Made by a program: the position numbers and the translations under genes. From the NCBI GenBank assembly GCA_973895155.1, contig OZ316897.1, forward strand, positions 8,951,832-9,015,831: a stretch of DNA of 64,000 nucleotides. The letters are read 5' to 3'. How positions within the stretch are numbered: the stretch's first letter is position 1; each line of letters starts with the position of its first letter. This DNA is from Marsupella aquatica. Its lineage: Eukaryota > Plantae > Marchantiophyta. Shown here in pieces: positions 24,356 to 36,346 of the stretch. The notes under the pieces were generated by a model. The model searched no databases, had not been told where the DNA came from, and saw only the letters and a list, made by a program, of their open reading frames with translations.

Positions 24356-27300
24356 CTAGTCCCCTATCTGTAACGGAATTAAACTCCTCACTTCCCCAAC
24401 AGTCAAAATTGGCTGTTTGACAAGGTCGTCCTTCTCTAGGTTGAGTGAAAACTTGTTTAAATACACCCACAGCAGATGTTTACAAGACATGTATGGTTTC
24501 CCTCGTGTATGCCTCTTATAAAAGTCTTCACAAGAACACGAAGGGAAACAACAGATTTGCACCCAATATGTGTGCGGAACTTGTGAATCAGTCTCGTGAG
24601 TGGCGATCAAGTATCTCCAACCCCATCCATTTCTGGTAGTTACCTTCTCATTTCTGACAACTCTCATGTATTCTTGTGTAGCGGAAACGATGCGCTTGAG
24701 CAACTCTGGAGTATTGCTGAAACGCTGTCTTGCACCCTTACCATTTCGGGTTTTCAACCGACGGTCCACATTAGTTAGATCAATTCGTTCGGGGAATGAG
24801 TTAACATCAATTCGTAGGTTGACCCGATTGGGGGACGGGAACTCTCCAACTTGATTTGCATCCACATAGGAGAGTCCACTGATCTGGAATCCTAATCCCA
24901 GCAGAAACTCTATCTCGGGATGGGAGAGGCAAGTCCCACGCTGAACCTTGAGCGACTCGGGTGGGGGGGGGTAGTTGAGCTAGAGTTCTGCGTCCTTGGC
25001 TCTTGTGACACTTATTATTAGGACAAAAGTACAACAACTGGCGATGTGGAGACGATAATCGCAACCCGTGAATGGCGACTCCAACAATTCCCCCTTGCGC
25101 GGACTTACATCCAGTCTCCTTGATGAGATTTCTACATTCATCTCTTCCAAAAACGCTTCGGTCAACCGACCCGTTGCAAACAGGTCCAGCACCTCTACCG
25201 CTCCGCCTGAGATGCCAGGTCCCATAAGGAACATCAACCTCTCGGATGGAAGGGATCCTTTGGGGGGCATCCCGATGGTCATCCCCGACATCACACTGAG
25301 GTTGAGTCCCCATCTTCACGGTATCATTGACATTACGACTTGCATCATCACCATCATCATCTGAAATATGGATAACTCCAGCAGAACAACCTCCGACAGG
25401 TGTTGCCGAAGTTGTATTATTTGCTACTTCTGGGTCCGCAGAAGTCTCCGAAACATTGACGAAGCGAAATTCAGGATAGAGATTACGCCTTTTTAGTCCT
25501 GAAGGAGAAGCTGTTTTGCGTGACACCTTGTCATGTCTGTGGGAGTCATTCTTGTGGATTACAGCTGAAGCTTTCCCTTTCCTCTTCGTGGATGTTGTTC
25601 GGAGATCGCCATGTAATGGAACTGTTCTATAGAATTCATACTTAGCTGAAGACTCAAGCAAAAGATTTGCTGCCTTTTCGTAAGCATCCATGGATCCCAT
25701 AGCATCGGCGTTCCTATATGCTAATTCAAAAATGGTCGGCCCCTGGCCTCTGTGAACACCTTCACTGTAGGTAGTAAAAGCAGCAATTTACCCCGCAGCA
25801 CGATTCTGGTCCACCTCACATGCTTCAATCAATCCCACTAGTTTCTTCATTTGGCAGGATCTCATGGATGCATGGACTGATTCCGCTCCAGTACAATTTG
25901 GCATCAAGGCTGACTCCATTGCGGTTTGCGTCTGCAAAAAAGTAGTCCCCAGTCAAACCTGATATGCTAGCGAGGTCGCTAGCAAAAACAATGACGTCAA
26001 AGATAAATGAAATTGGACACTTACAACGCGGATGAAGTTCCCCCACTGCCTCCACCTCACAACCCACCAAGATAACCATCCTTGGAGAGACTTCAATTTC
26101 CCAGCATAGTAGTTTCCTTCCTTCCACCAACGATGGATTTTGTCAGCAACACGGTAGGCCTGAACATATGTTGGTGCTGTTCTCAGCCTTTCCCACAGTT
26201 TATAGTGCTCTCAATGGCGATCTTCCCGAATACCCTCTAATGTGTGACGATGAAGAGATTGAGCAAAGTGAAAGGCGTCACTGTGCTCCTTCTGTGGATG
26301 ACGGACACCTAAAAAAAAAACATTTCGAATGGCGATCCATCCAGCCTTGGCATTATCGGCAATAAATCCTCCAATGAGTGGGTCATGCACATCATGATCA
26401 GAGGCAACTTCAATCATATATCTCCATGCAGTTTCAAGAGATAAGGAGTCCTCCGCACGGAGCTCACAAGTGAAGATGGTACAAAGGGACCTGTAATTAT
26501 GGTCGTACACATGGGCGCTGAAAGTCAACCACCCAGTGCTTATTCTCCGCATTACATCAGAACTGACCCATGCTCCTTCCAGCTCACCTCCACTCTTCAT
26601 CTGCCTGAGAATATCGACACCAGAACCTGGGCCATTTGTACTCATTTTGAAGACATGAGCCCTATCGGTCTTGCTCCCCTGCCCAGGGAAAAGGTACCTT
26701 TGAACGTAAGGAAAATTATTCCGTGCTTGCATCTCACGAAGAGAATCCAACTCACCCTTTTTTGGGTTATCCATTTTCACGCTCCAGAATATGGCCTGGA
26801 ATTTCTCAACAGTGGACACAACCTTCATCGATTCCCAAATCTCTCTCTCTTCTTCTTTTGATAGTTCTGAAGAAGACTCTGGATGCAAAAGAGAAACCAG
26901 GTTTCCTATAGACTTGTTAAGAACACGCCCTGGCGTACACACGGGATTCGCTTTATGAACACCAGAAACTATCTCCTCCGCCTGCTTTTTTGCCAATCGA
27001 GATTTCCCCTTCCAAACAACGTGGTCATGGAAACCCATGTGAACAGCCAATCGAGACATATGTTTCGCAACATTTGACTCAAGAGACGGCTTAGGATAGA
27101 CGTACAAAAGCTTAGCCGAACATTCACGGATGCAGAGAGGCCTCTCCTCACAGAATCCGCACACCAACCCTCCTTCCTCCACAAGCTCACCAAGATGAAA
27201 CGGCTCAGTAAATTGTCCCTTTCCTCGGAAGGAAGAGTCATTTGTTGAACCGGTGTGCTTCAACTTTCTACAGACCAGATTTTGGCATTCAAGTACACCG

Positions 27301-28070
27301 GCACATCTGACTTTTGACACAGACCAGTGATTGCGAGGTTTGAGATTAGCTGAAGTTGTGAGAAGTCTCGTCCATGGATAGCCGTCATTATCCCTATCCA
27401 TGTCCTGAAGACCATATCCTCGACGAAATTGACCTTCCACCGGAGGAAGCTCAAAAACGCAGTTTCCATTGTATGAAGTGGGCAAAGTCTGCACTTGAAT
27501 CTCCTTCCAATCGTTTCTCCTGCGGAAATTTGCCAACTCGCTTGACCCAGTAATATTGAGAAAGGCATCATATGCACTAACTCGATAAAGAACTGGCTGA
27601 GATTGAAACTCGTTTTGACTCACTGCTTCAAAAACGGATTTCTCAGAAGACTTTGTCGATACAGAAGAGACATCCCTACCCACACTCTCAGGGGAGATGT
27701 CAATAATTTCTGGTACTGCAGGTGACGGTCGAGTCGGGGATTCTGGATCGGAAACATTGATATGTGCAATGTCATCCTTACATGAGACTAGCTCTACATC
27801 TGAACCACACTTCAGGTCCCAAGCTCTTTCTGGCAATATTCCTGAACCATTATCCGACACCTCGTGACTTCTGGATCCATCCCAAGAGTAAAGAACAAAC
27901 AACTTCCAGATGAAATCATCTTTCAAAAGCCCAAACCTCGATGAGAGAAAAGACTCCTTGACAGAGATAATAGTATTCTCCGGAACATCCAGAACAACAA
28001 CATCACCCGTCGTCTTTCTCTCGATCACAACCTTCGATCCCAATGAAGACATGCTGGAAGTTTTGGACAT
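24356..28070 (-). pseudogene. MULE-type transposase: GCM-like Zn DNA-binding region, MULE DDE domain, C-terminal SWIM finger
   Basis: CAGVLEC...CGFC...C.AK...VHMGFHDH; WVSSDVMRR...FIADNAKAGWIAIRNVF...FHFAQSLHRH; YWVQICCFPSCSCEDF...CKHLLWVY (SWIM CxC-n-CxH). Intron at ~25932-26024 and frameshifts. Confidence 0.8.
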
Positions 28071-28745
28071 TACAGTCTATAGCAATCCACAATGTGAGAT
28101 ACTTTGCTCTCTTCTTTCTCCAAATACATATGAGGAAACGTGCTTGTGTAGGTGTTGGACTCAACGTATTTATTTAATAAATGCCTCTTATTCCCGTTAT
28201 CTGACCGTTATTTTGTCTTATATGACAATATTTGCGGAATGATAAAGCTAGCAATCTCGCTAGCTCAATGAACCAAGTAAAATTGTTCAAATCCTTACAA
28301 AACACCCTTCAGGAGTTCATGTATTTATTGGTCATTTTTTGGCTAGCGATGTCGCTAGCAAAAATATTTCCTCATAAGAGACAATTGTGACCGTTTATAT
28401 CCGTTGGAATTGGTCAACGGGTACCTATATGTCAACGGTACGGTACAGTACTGGACACCTGTCTCATTGTCATTAGATACTTTTCTTTCAGTCGTGAGTT
28501 CGGTGGTTTGTATTTTTGGAAGTACATATATACCCGACGGTGTCTGAAAAATGATTGCGAGAAGAGTCGTACAGAATATTTGTATCTCTTTTCACGACCG
28601 GGCGCAGCATTCAGGTGAAAGCAACAGACGAGGGTATGATTCTGTCTTTGATTGGAAGATCGATTCTCGGGTTTTTTTATGTTCGCAAAGCGTGTCGCCC
28701 TTGACCTTGACCTGTTGATACCCTTATCACTTCACGGGACCCCTG

Positions 28746-31700
28746 ATGGAGCCATTGTCTTCACCCAAGAGCTTGTCATCAATAGGATCGTTCAAGTCAG
28801 TCGAGTCAAGCCGAAGGGAGACCAGGTCTACAGTGAACAAGAAGGCGCTCTAGGCGGGATTGAAAACACCGAGGAGGCCCAAGATGGTGAACCAAGTAGA
28901 TGTTGTGAATCCAACGTTTCAACCTGGAGCTTCAGAACCCTATTCTGTTGTCATCAATCACCATCTTTTCCCTTTTGGAAATGACAAATTTGGATTCCCG
29001 CTCGCTCCTCCGAGGATTCCCCTTTGCAGAATGTGAAACATGCAGATCGTTCGGTCCTTGCAAACTAACTCGACTGCGATCGAAACACTCAAGAATGAAT
29101 TCCGGACGCAGGGATACATCGAAGATGCGCCTCGATTTTATGTCCAAATGACCGGCGAAGATGGCCTTGTCCAGATGTGCGAGGATGTGATTCGGGAGTC
29201 GTGGGATGACATGTGGATTCTTCAGAATGAAGAATTTGAGAGGGAATGTGATTCTCACGAAGCTTTCAAAATTTTGAAAGACAAAATGTTCTATGTTTTC
29301 GATGGAAATCATCGTCTGTACTCATGGATGCAGCTTGCGGACGAGAATCCCCATGATGTCAAATATCATCCTCGAGTTGTTTGCCGAATTTTCAAGGGTG
29401 ACAAGAACTCATTCGTGCAGATTGAGTCGGCAATGCATGCGCTGAATAGGTTTGTTTCTTTTCCTTCAAGCTGTGAATTGTATATAAAATTCTTTCATTT
29501 CCTCTTGTTAGCGATCTCGCTGACCTGTTTCTTTTGTTCAGGTTGACTCAATGTCACGTTGAGAATTCTTGGGTCCTTGAAGCAGAGAGAGTCCACAAGG
29601 TTCTCAGTAATGACCTTTCTGTATACAAAGATATCATCGATGCAGACAACTACAAACTTTTCCAGCAGAAGATGGCAAATATCAGGAAACCGGCTTGGTA
29701 TTCAAAGAACATGACACTCGATGCCTGCACGTACATTCTGTCTGCTGCTAATATTGCAGCGCAGACGGAAGATTTGAAGAAGAAGTTTCAGTTGAAAGAA
29801 GCGCAAGGAGAACCTCTTTCAAAAGCTGCGCAAGACATGGCAGTCAAAGACATGATGAAGGAGCAACTGGCAGATTGGAATGTGAAGGTGCCAAAGATTG
29901 GACCTCTCCTGAATCCTGAGTTTGGTGACTTTTTCCAAAAGTGTGTTGAGATGCACAACTACTGCGAACATGAGAGGATGGAGGCCCAACAAACAGACGA
30001 TAAAGGAAGGGGTAATGTGTCATGTGGTCTCGATCGTGCGAGGCTATTTACGGGTGTCTCATCGTTGACTCCCCAGCTCAGATGTGTACTCCTCGAGGCA
30101 CAATGCAGACCTGAGCTTCGCAAGAAGTACTTCCACCCTGGTCAATTCTCGGACAGCGAAACAAAACTTTGGCTTCACCGATGGGCTGTATGGGAGCAGG
30201 TTGAGTCAATTTGTTCTTCGCTCATGTCTGAGATTATTTCAGAGTTGATCCCAACTGTTCCAGATGCAAGGATCCTTACTTCGTCTGAGAAGACAAAGCC
30301 ATCGCTGATCCTTGACATAGAGGAGGACTTTGAAGATTTCCAAACGAGAGTGAAATCTTGTTTTTTCAAACAGATTTGGCCACCAAAGTCGGGTGAGAAG
30401 ATTGACATCTCACTTTTTTGGAGGAGGGCGAAGAGATATACGTATCGTTTTTTTGTGGATAGAGAAGTTGCTGACAAAACATATTGGTGGTCCTATCCTG
30501 CTTGCTTCTCGCCTTGGATAGCAGGAGTGAAAGAGGATCCAACCTCTGTTAAATATGGAGAGTACTCGATGTACCCATGTGAGGGAGTGGAGGCTCCAAG
30601 GAAGATGAGTGAGTGGGAAGTCCTTCACTGTCCATGGTATTTAGAATCAGACAAATGGGCAGTGACATTTGACACAATAGAGAAGGCAACATTTCATATG
30701 ATAAATCGAGGCTTGATACCAGAGTCGTACATTACAGAATCCAAATTAGCTCCTGCAGAAGTCGAGGCTGGCGGATGTGATGCAATGGAGAAAGCTATTC
30801 TTGGTGTAGCTGCCATTGTGGACCGGAGTAGATCAAGGAGACCTCGGAAAGTGCCGGTGAAGGACACGTCCAAAGATGGATCAGTCTTGTCTGGGAAGCA
30901 AAGTAAGTCTTTTTCTCCTCTTTTTTTCATACCTCATTCGGAGTAATTTTGTCTCAGTCACCTGTCTGACATTAACATGTTTTTCAGAGAAGAGAAAAGT
31001 TGCAGCCTCTGGCAGTTTGAAGAGTGGGGCGGATGATGGAGAAGAACCCAAGTCTCCTGATGTTGAGGTCACAACAAAATCTGTTGTGGACCTGGGTTCA
31101 ATCAAGCGTTTAAAGAGGAAGCGCAATGTCCAAATTCTCTCCGACTCGGATGAGGAGGAAGCATGCGTCGCGCAAGGAGTAGCACAAATGTGTGGTCTTA
31201 AGAAGGACGGTGAGAGGCATTTCTTGGCAAAGAGCAATCTCACGGAAACTGCAAACTCAATTAGCCAGAGGAAAGTAAGACCTCCCTGGATGGGCGATGC
31301 GGATCTGTGGTTGTCTGGAATGAGCAAATCGAGCGAACACCCAAACGCCGTGATGATCAACGGAAAAAATTACGCTGGAATTGGTGCTCACTTGGGTTTC
31401 ATATTCCTTCCCACGGGTCATCGAACAAGCGTCACAGACCGGGAGGTCCCGAAGTGGAATGTTTGGAGTGAGAAATTACCATATTATTTCTTTGGAGTCA
31501 TGCGTCCGATGCTTGCCGATGATGGTTATGTCGCAGTTCTTCATAGCTCTGACTATAACCATATGAGGCAAAAAAATTCTGCAGTCGAATAGAAGAACAA
31601 ATTTAAACATGTCCGGCAGTATTCAGTTTTGCTTTCATCTCCTTTGTATCAGGCAGATATGGACATCGAGGTAAGATATCCTCCATATTTTTTGTGCAAT

Positions 31701-32270
31701 TTTTGCTAGCGAGCTCGCTAACCAAAAGTGCCCATTTCTTACATATTATCATTTTCAATTTAGGTGGTTACTCTCACTATGGATGTCTTCTGCAAGGTGG
31801 AATTCTCGGCAAAAGTCCCGAAACATACAGGATATGTTCCAATGACTTCCTCGGAGGATGCCCGCCATAAATCGATGTTGAGTGTTTGCTACCCAAAAAC
31901 TGATCCCAGTCCTAGGGCGGCTTTCGCAGGTTCCAATAGATTGTCAGTTGGGTTCATGCAAGCCGTAATGGAGATCCTTACTTTGCCAAAGGACATTGTC
32001 ATTGACTGGACTGTTGGAGATGGAAGTGCTTTTGCCGCTGGGGAATACGCTGGGAGATTTGTTGTGGGTGTTGAAGATCGAGATATTCTTCATCTGTGTG
32101 CACAAAGAACTTTGGCAAATGTGTTGGATAGACATGCCCAGAAGTTGAAAGGGGCCGCAGACCCGAAGAACGATGATCCCAAAGATGAAGGGTCTGATGA
32201 TGAGTTCACCATCCCAGGAGATGATCAGAAAGGACCTTCAGACGAGAAGGATGAATTTGACCTGGAGTAA
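28746..32270 (+). pseudogene. ParB/Srx-like domain fused to N4C/N6A DNA methyltransferase-like domain (copy B), MULE cargo
   Basis: IPLCRM..QIVRSLQ...FYVFDGNHRLYSW (ParB GxxR). C-terminal LGFIFLPTG...VPKWN and MEILTLPKDIVIDWTVGDGSAFAAGEYAGRFVVGVE resemble beta-class amino-MTase motifs (GDxVLDPFxGSGT...GRxxIGxE). Introns at ~29450-29541, ~30903-30987 and ~31671-31763; three in-frame stops. Confidence 0.7.
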
Positions 32271-33156
32271 AGCACTTGGCCTTTGATGTAGAACTCCCTA
32301 TTTGGTGTTTTTCTTTTGTTTGTAGAATTTTTGGATGTTTAGTATTGATCCGGTTCTGGTGATTTCTTCAGTGATAGGCGTTTGGATTGGTTTTCGGAGG
32401 AGAGATTTCGTCTTCGGAAAGAAATCGAGGATCATTTTCTTGTGACTCCTGACAAGGGATTTGCGCTTCCATGCTATGCTGAAAAGACTGCAAAGGAGGT
32501 TGATGAAGCGCCCGTCGTTTTGACTTGGGAGGGGAAAGGTCTGCGGTCAGTGAGGGGTGTTCGGAAAGCCCTTTACTGCCCTCAGTTCATAGATGATGAG
32601 GCTGGGACTGTAGCATAGTATGTTGACGGTTCGGCTGAGGAGACTGATAGGAGTCCAGTAGCGATCCTAGTAATTCCTCAGATGATTTGGAATCAGAGGA
32701 TTCTCAATGACTCATGGTCAATTTCAGATGCAATCTCATTCCAGAAGATATTTGTCATACCAAAGTTTTATTAAAGATGGATTGTGAAAGGTTTTTTGAC
32801 CTGGTTTTGTTGACAGTGATGTTGCCTTTTCATTCAGTTCAGTGTAGTGAAGATCTCAATTTTTGAGTTTGTGAATATTTAAGTATCTGCATTTTCATTT
32901 TCCTTAACTGTTTCACAATATATATTGACAATCTTACTTGGGAATGCGCCTTAACTACCCTCAAATTACGCGCAAACTTGCCTCGCTAGCCTGCTCTCCT
33001 CGCTAGCAAAACTCCTGTTTGCTCGCACAATAGAATACTTCCCATCAACCACCCCACCTGAAGAGCGGAAACAACAACATGCGATGAAAGCCCAGAGACC
33101 AGGCTGTCCACCACGAAAACAGTGATCCACGCCAGGTGAAAGTAGAGCTCAAGTAC

Positions 33157-35845
33157 TGCTACTGGTTTTGAGTGACCTTCTATCTCTTTCACCTGGAAAG
33201 TCTTCAAATACTCCTTGTAAGACGCAACCTCTTGAATCAATCGTGGTACATGATGAATGCTTTCACACTCCCAAACCTCAACCATCAATCCCAAGAGGGT
33301 AGCAACCTCTTTGTATCTGACTTGTTTGAATACTTGAGAAAATAATGCATCCACATCTTCATGGGTGTGGCCAACCATGAGGAATGACATTTGCACAATT
33401 TCAAACACCCTCTGCTAACAAGCTCAGTGCAAAATGCCATCACATACTGATTTTTGTTATCTTTCCCTAAATTGTCCATCTGCAACGTTAGGTGCCTTGG
33501 TAAGGGCTTGAAAGAGCCCCTAGTAGTCTCAGGATCATCCCTAGAACCAACATCCACCGTGCTTGATTTTTGAGTCTCCTGACCATCTTCAATGCCTTGA
33601 AATCAAACAATTGAAACATTTTTGGGTTCCAAGTAACCGGCAAGAAATGCTTCAAAGTCTAGAAGGGACTGAAATATTGGGCTGGTTGCATTCCAATTCA
33701 ATCCTTCAAGAAGGTCTCCAGTTTTGTCTCCTGTGTAATCTTCCAAATCTCGAAGGCATTTGGCCAAAGATGTCACAGTAAAGTCTGCATCTCCAGGCCA
33801 AAGTCCAGTCAAACTGAAATGTGCATACACTCCAGGATCTCTTCCATGGGTTAACATCCCAGTAAGAGCAATAGGCAGAGGCTGATCACTACCAGAGAGG
33901 GATTTTGGAGTGGGGACCAACCTGGGGATCCAAGTCTTGGCTTGATCCATCTTATCATGAATAATGCAAAGATAGTTTTGAGGATCCTTCTTTGCAAGAA
34001 CCCTATGAGCATAGTAAACATATCTTCTTGACATTTGTTCACGAAGATGTCGCGCTCTTTTCTCTTCAATCTCTGCACGCTCTTTTTTTCTCTTCTCCCG
34101 CATCAATTGATCTTTGAACTCAGTGCAAAATGTGCACTTGGCAAATGCACTTCCCTTGTGAAAGTCAAAATTATCAAATGAGTTTTTCCAGATGTTGTAC
34201 ATAGTAACTTCAGTAACCTTAGCAAACCCATCTAATTCCATCTTGGTAAACATCTCTTGGAAAATCTCCTTCTTAGTAAAACAAGATGGGAGCCGATATT
34301 CAACAGTGTCGGTGCCGTTGGACCCACCATAGGGAAGATGTGGCATTGGTTCCCCATTTTGGATTAAAATGGACTCCAACAAGGCACGAGCGTGCAAAGT
34401 GCTTGATCGTGTCTTCCGTTGTCCCTGATTTCCATGGAAACCAATTGTGCAACCGGCTTCGTATTGATTTTTGTAGTCATAATACTTTGTTATACTGAAC
34501 CCATGCATTTTAATAAATGCATCTTTACAAACCACACGTCCCTTTAGAACAAAAATTCCCTTTCTCTTGACTTGTTCCTCTCTACACCCAAAGAGACTAA
34601 AGATGTGACTTGTTTTGTTGTCACTTGACATTCCATGGTATTCCCTCCTCATTTCCTCTAAGTCCTCCCTAGGCATGTTCAAGCAACACTTCAACTTGCA
34701 ACAACCTTCTCTTTGGATGGAATCAATGGACTCCTCGGTAATTTTCAAAAGTGCCCATGACTCCAAATGCCTTTTCTTCTTCTCCTCAAGATCCACTTTT
34801 GTCCTCTTAATGAAATTGTATGGTCTTTTTGTAGGTTTACAATCACCATCCAAATCCGGATCGCCCTCAGTTTGACCCGACTCCATCCACTTTGATGAAA
34901 CTTCCTCAAGGATATCCCCAAGAAACCTTTGAGACAAAATCAATAGAAGGGATTTGATTTCCCACCTCACCAAGCCGGGGGTACCAACACGGATATTTGG
35001 AAATAATTCAGGTTCATTGATAGTCACAACAACAACACCCACATGATCTGCACCAAGAAGCTCATCATCAACGGCACCTATTTCAAATGGGACAGTGATA
35101 ACACCTGTTGCAACCTTCCGACAACGAGAAGCGTCATACAAATCAACCTCCTCTGCCATCTAGTTGGAACGTAGTGTAAAATCTTTTAATGGAAGGTCAT
35201 TGAATATGTTTGCGCTACTAGACCGCCATAATCTTATAGAGTGCCTTTTCTAGAAACATGCAAAACATCCCACATGACCCAGGTATGCAAGGCCTGTTCT
35301 ATTGTATCAGCTCCAAGGTGTGAGTATTGCAATTTTTGATTTCCCTTAACAATATCAGATACTCGTATACTGATACGACCAACACCTAGTCTTTCAGTAT
35401 AACAAATATCCATCGGATTTGTCTTGAAAATGACTCCATTTGCAACCAACTGATCAAAAATGAACATGAACTTCATCTCCTTCCTTGAACACCCCCTCTT
35501 CAACCCTCGCGTCAGATTTGGATTTATCATTTCCAGCATCCTAGCCAAAGAGAAATCATCGACATTGATTCTTTGGCGAAGAGTTGATGACCTCAAGTAT
35601 GCCAATGCACAATCCCAAATCACGCAAGAGTCAATTGCCGCAGCCAATGTAGAAAATTTTGGTGAAGGAAATGGAAGTTGACGCGATCCCTCAAAGCACT
35701 TTTTGATCAATACTCCAATTTGATTATCCCCCAGACAAATGTTCTGTATAGTATCCTGGGGGTCAACCTTTTGAACTATCCCAATTGCCACTTCAAATCC
35801 TTCAATCACCAATGAAACTTCATCCCCTTGTGTAAAGTTGATCAT
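33157..35845 (-). pseudogene. Sola-like/DUF7869 DDD transposase, 5' part, with three N-terminal Tnp1/DUF8039-like repeats
   Basis: GCCKLKCC, VCKDAF, FAKCTFC, IIHDKMDQAK, LTLQMDNLGKDNKN, SFLMVGHTHEDVDALFS. Frameshifts at ~35200, ~33600 and ~33405. Confidence 0.8.
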
Positions 35846-35978
35846 GATAGCGGACTATTTGTATCCAAATCAAGTTAGAAATTGTTAAGTTCTGGTTGTT
35901 ACGATCATGTTTCAAAATCAAGACTCTCCTCCAAAACATATTGTACAATCACTCAAAAACCCCAAACAAATTCAAGTT

Positions 35979-36346
35979 GGGTCAAACTAATTCCGACCCT
36001 CTGACAACGATATATCTTTAAATGATTGAATTGACTAACCATTTACAAGTCGGGTCGGAATTAGTTCAACCCTCCTCCAACAATATGTCTTTAAATGATT
36101 TAATTTACTAAACATTTACAAGTTGGGTCGGAATTAGTTCAACCCTCCTCCAACAATATGTCTTTAAATGATTGAATTTACTAAACATTTACAAGTTGGG
36201 TCAGAATTATTTTGACCCTACTCCAACTATTTGGTTGAAATTATCTCAAAACTTTTCATAGAACTATCTTGCTTGTGCTTGCATATACCAAATTAAAACG
36301 CTAGTCAAGATAACATAGTCAAGTCGGCATGAAATAATTCCGACCC
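35979..36346. repeat. 73-bp tandem array carrying a 21-bp quasi-palindrome GGGTCGGAA-TTA-KTTYRACCC, upstream of the Sola-like transposase
   Basis: Sites at 35979, 36052, 36125 and 36198 (exact 73-bp spacing), plus a fifth at 36326. Confidence 0.8.

Larger units (their letters stand above)
22744..31721. promoter_or_regulatory. Dispersed 16-bp palindrome CTAGCGA-NN-TCGCTAG (MULE-specific)
   Basis: Copies at 22744, 23918, 24059, 24189, 25967, 28248, 28343, 29508 and 31706. Half-sites near 22642, 24250, 32982 and 32999. All are intronic or intergenic. Function inferred. Confidence 0.7.
22458..33156. mobile_element. Non-TIR Mutator-like element (10.7 kb) nested in the Sola-like transposase
   Basis: 13-bp TSD; MULE/SWIM transposase; no terminal inverted repeat, but an exact 14-bp subterminal inverted pair GTGCGAGCAAACAG (22561-22574) / CTGTTTGCTCGCAC (33015-33028). 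Confidence 0.85.

Noticed and set aside
22458-33156. Idea that the MULE is spliced out as an intron (minus strand begins GT and has AG one base from its end)
   Set aside because: Splicing would leave 14 extra nt, a frameshift, and there is no polypyrimidine tract.
35979-36218. CRISPR-like appearance (palindromic repeat at regular spacing)
   Set aside because: The spacers are near-identical, so it is a tandem repeat; no cas genes; eukaryotic context.
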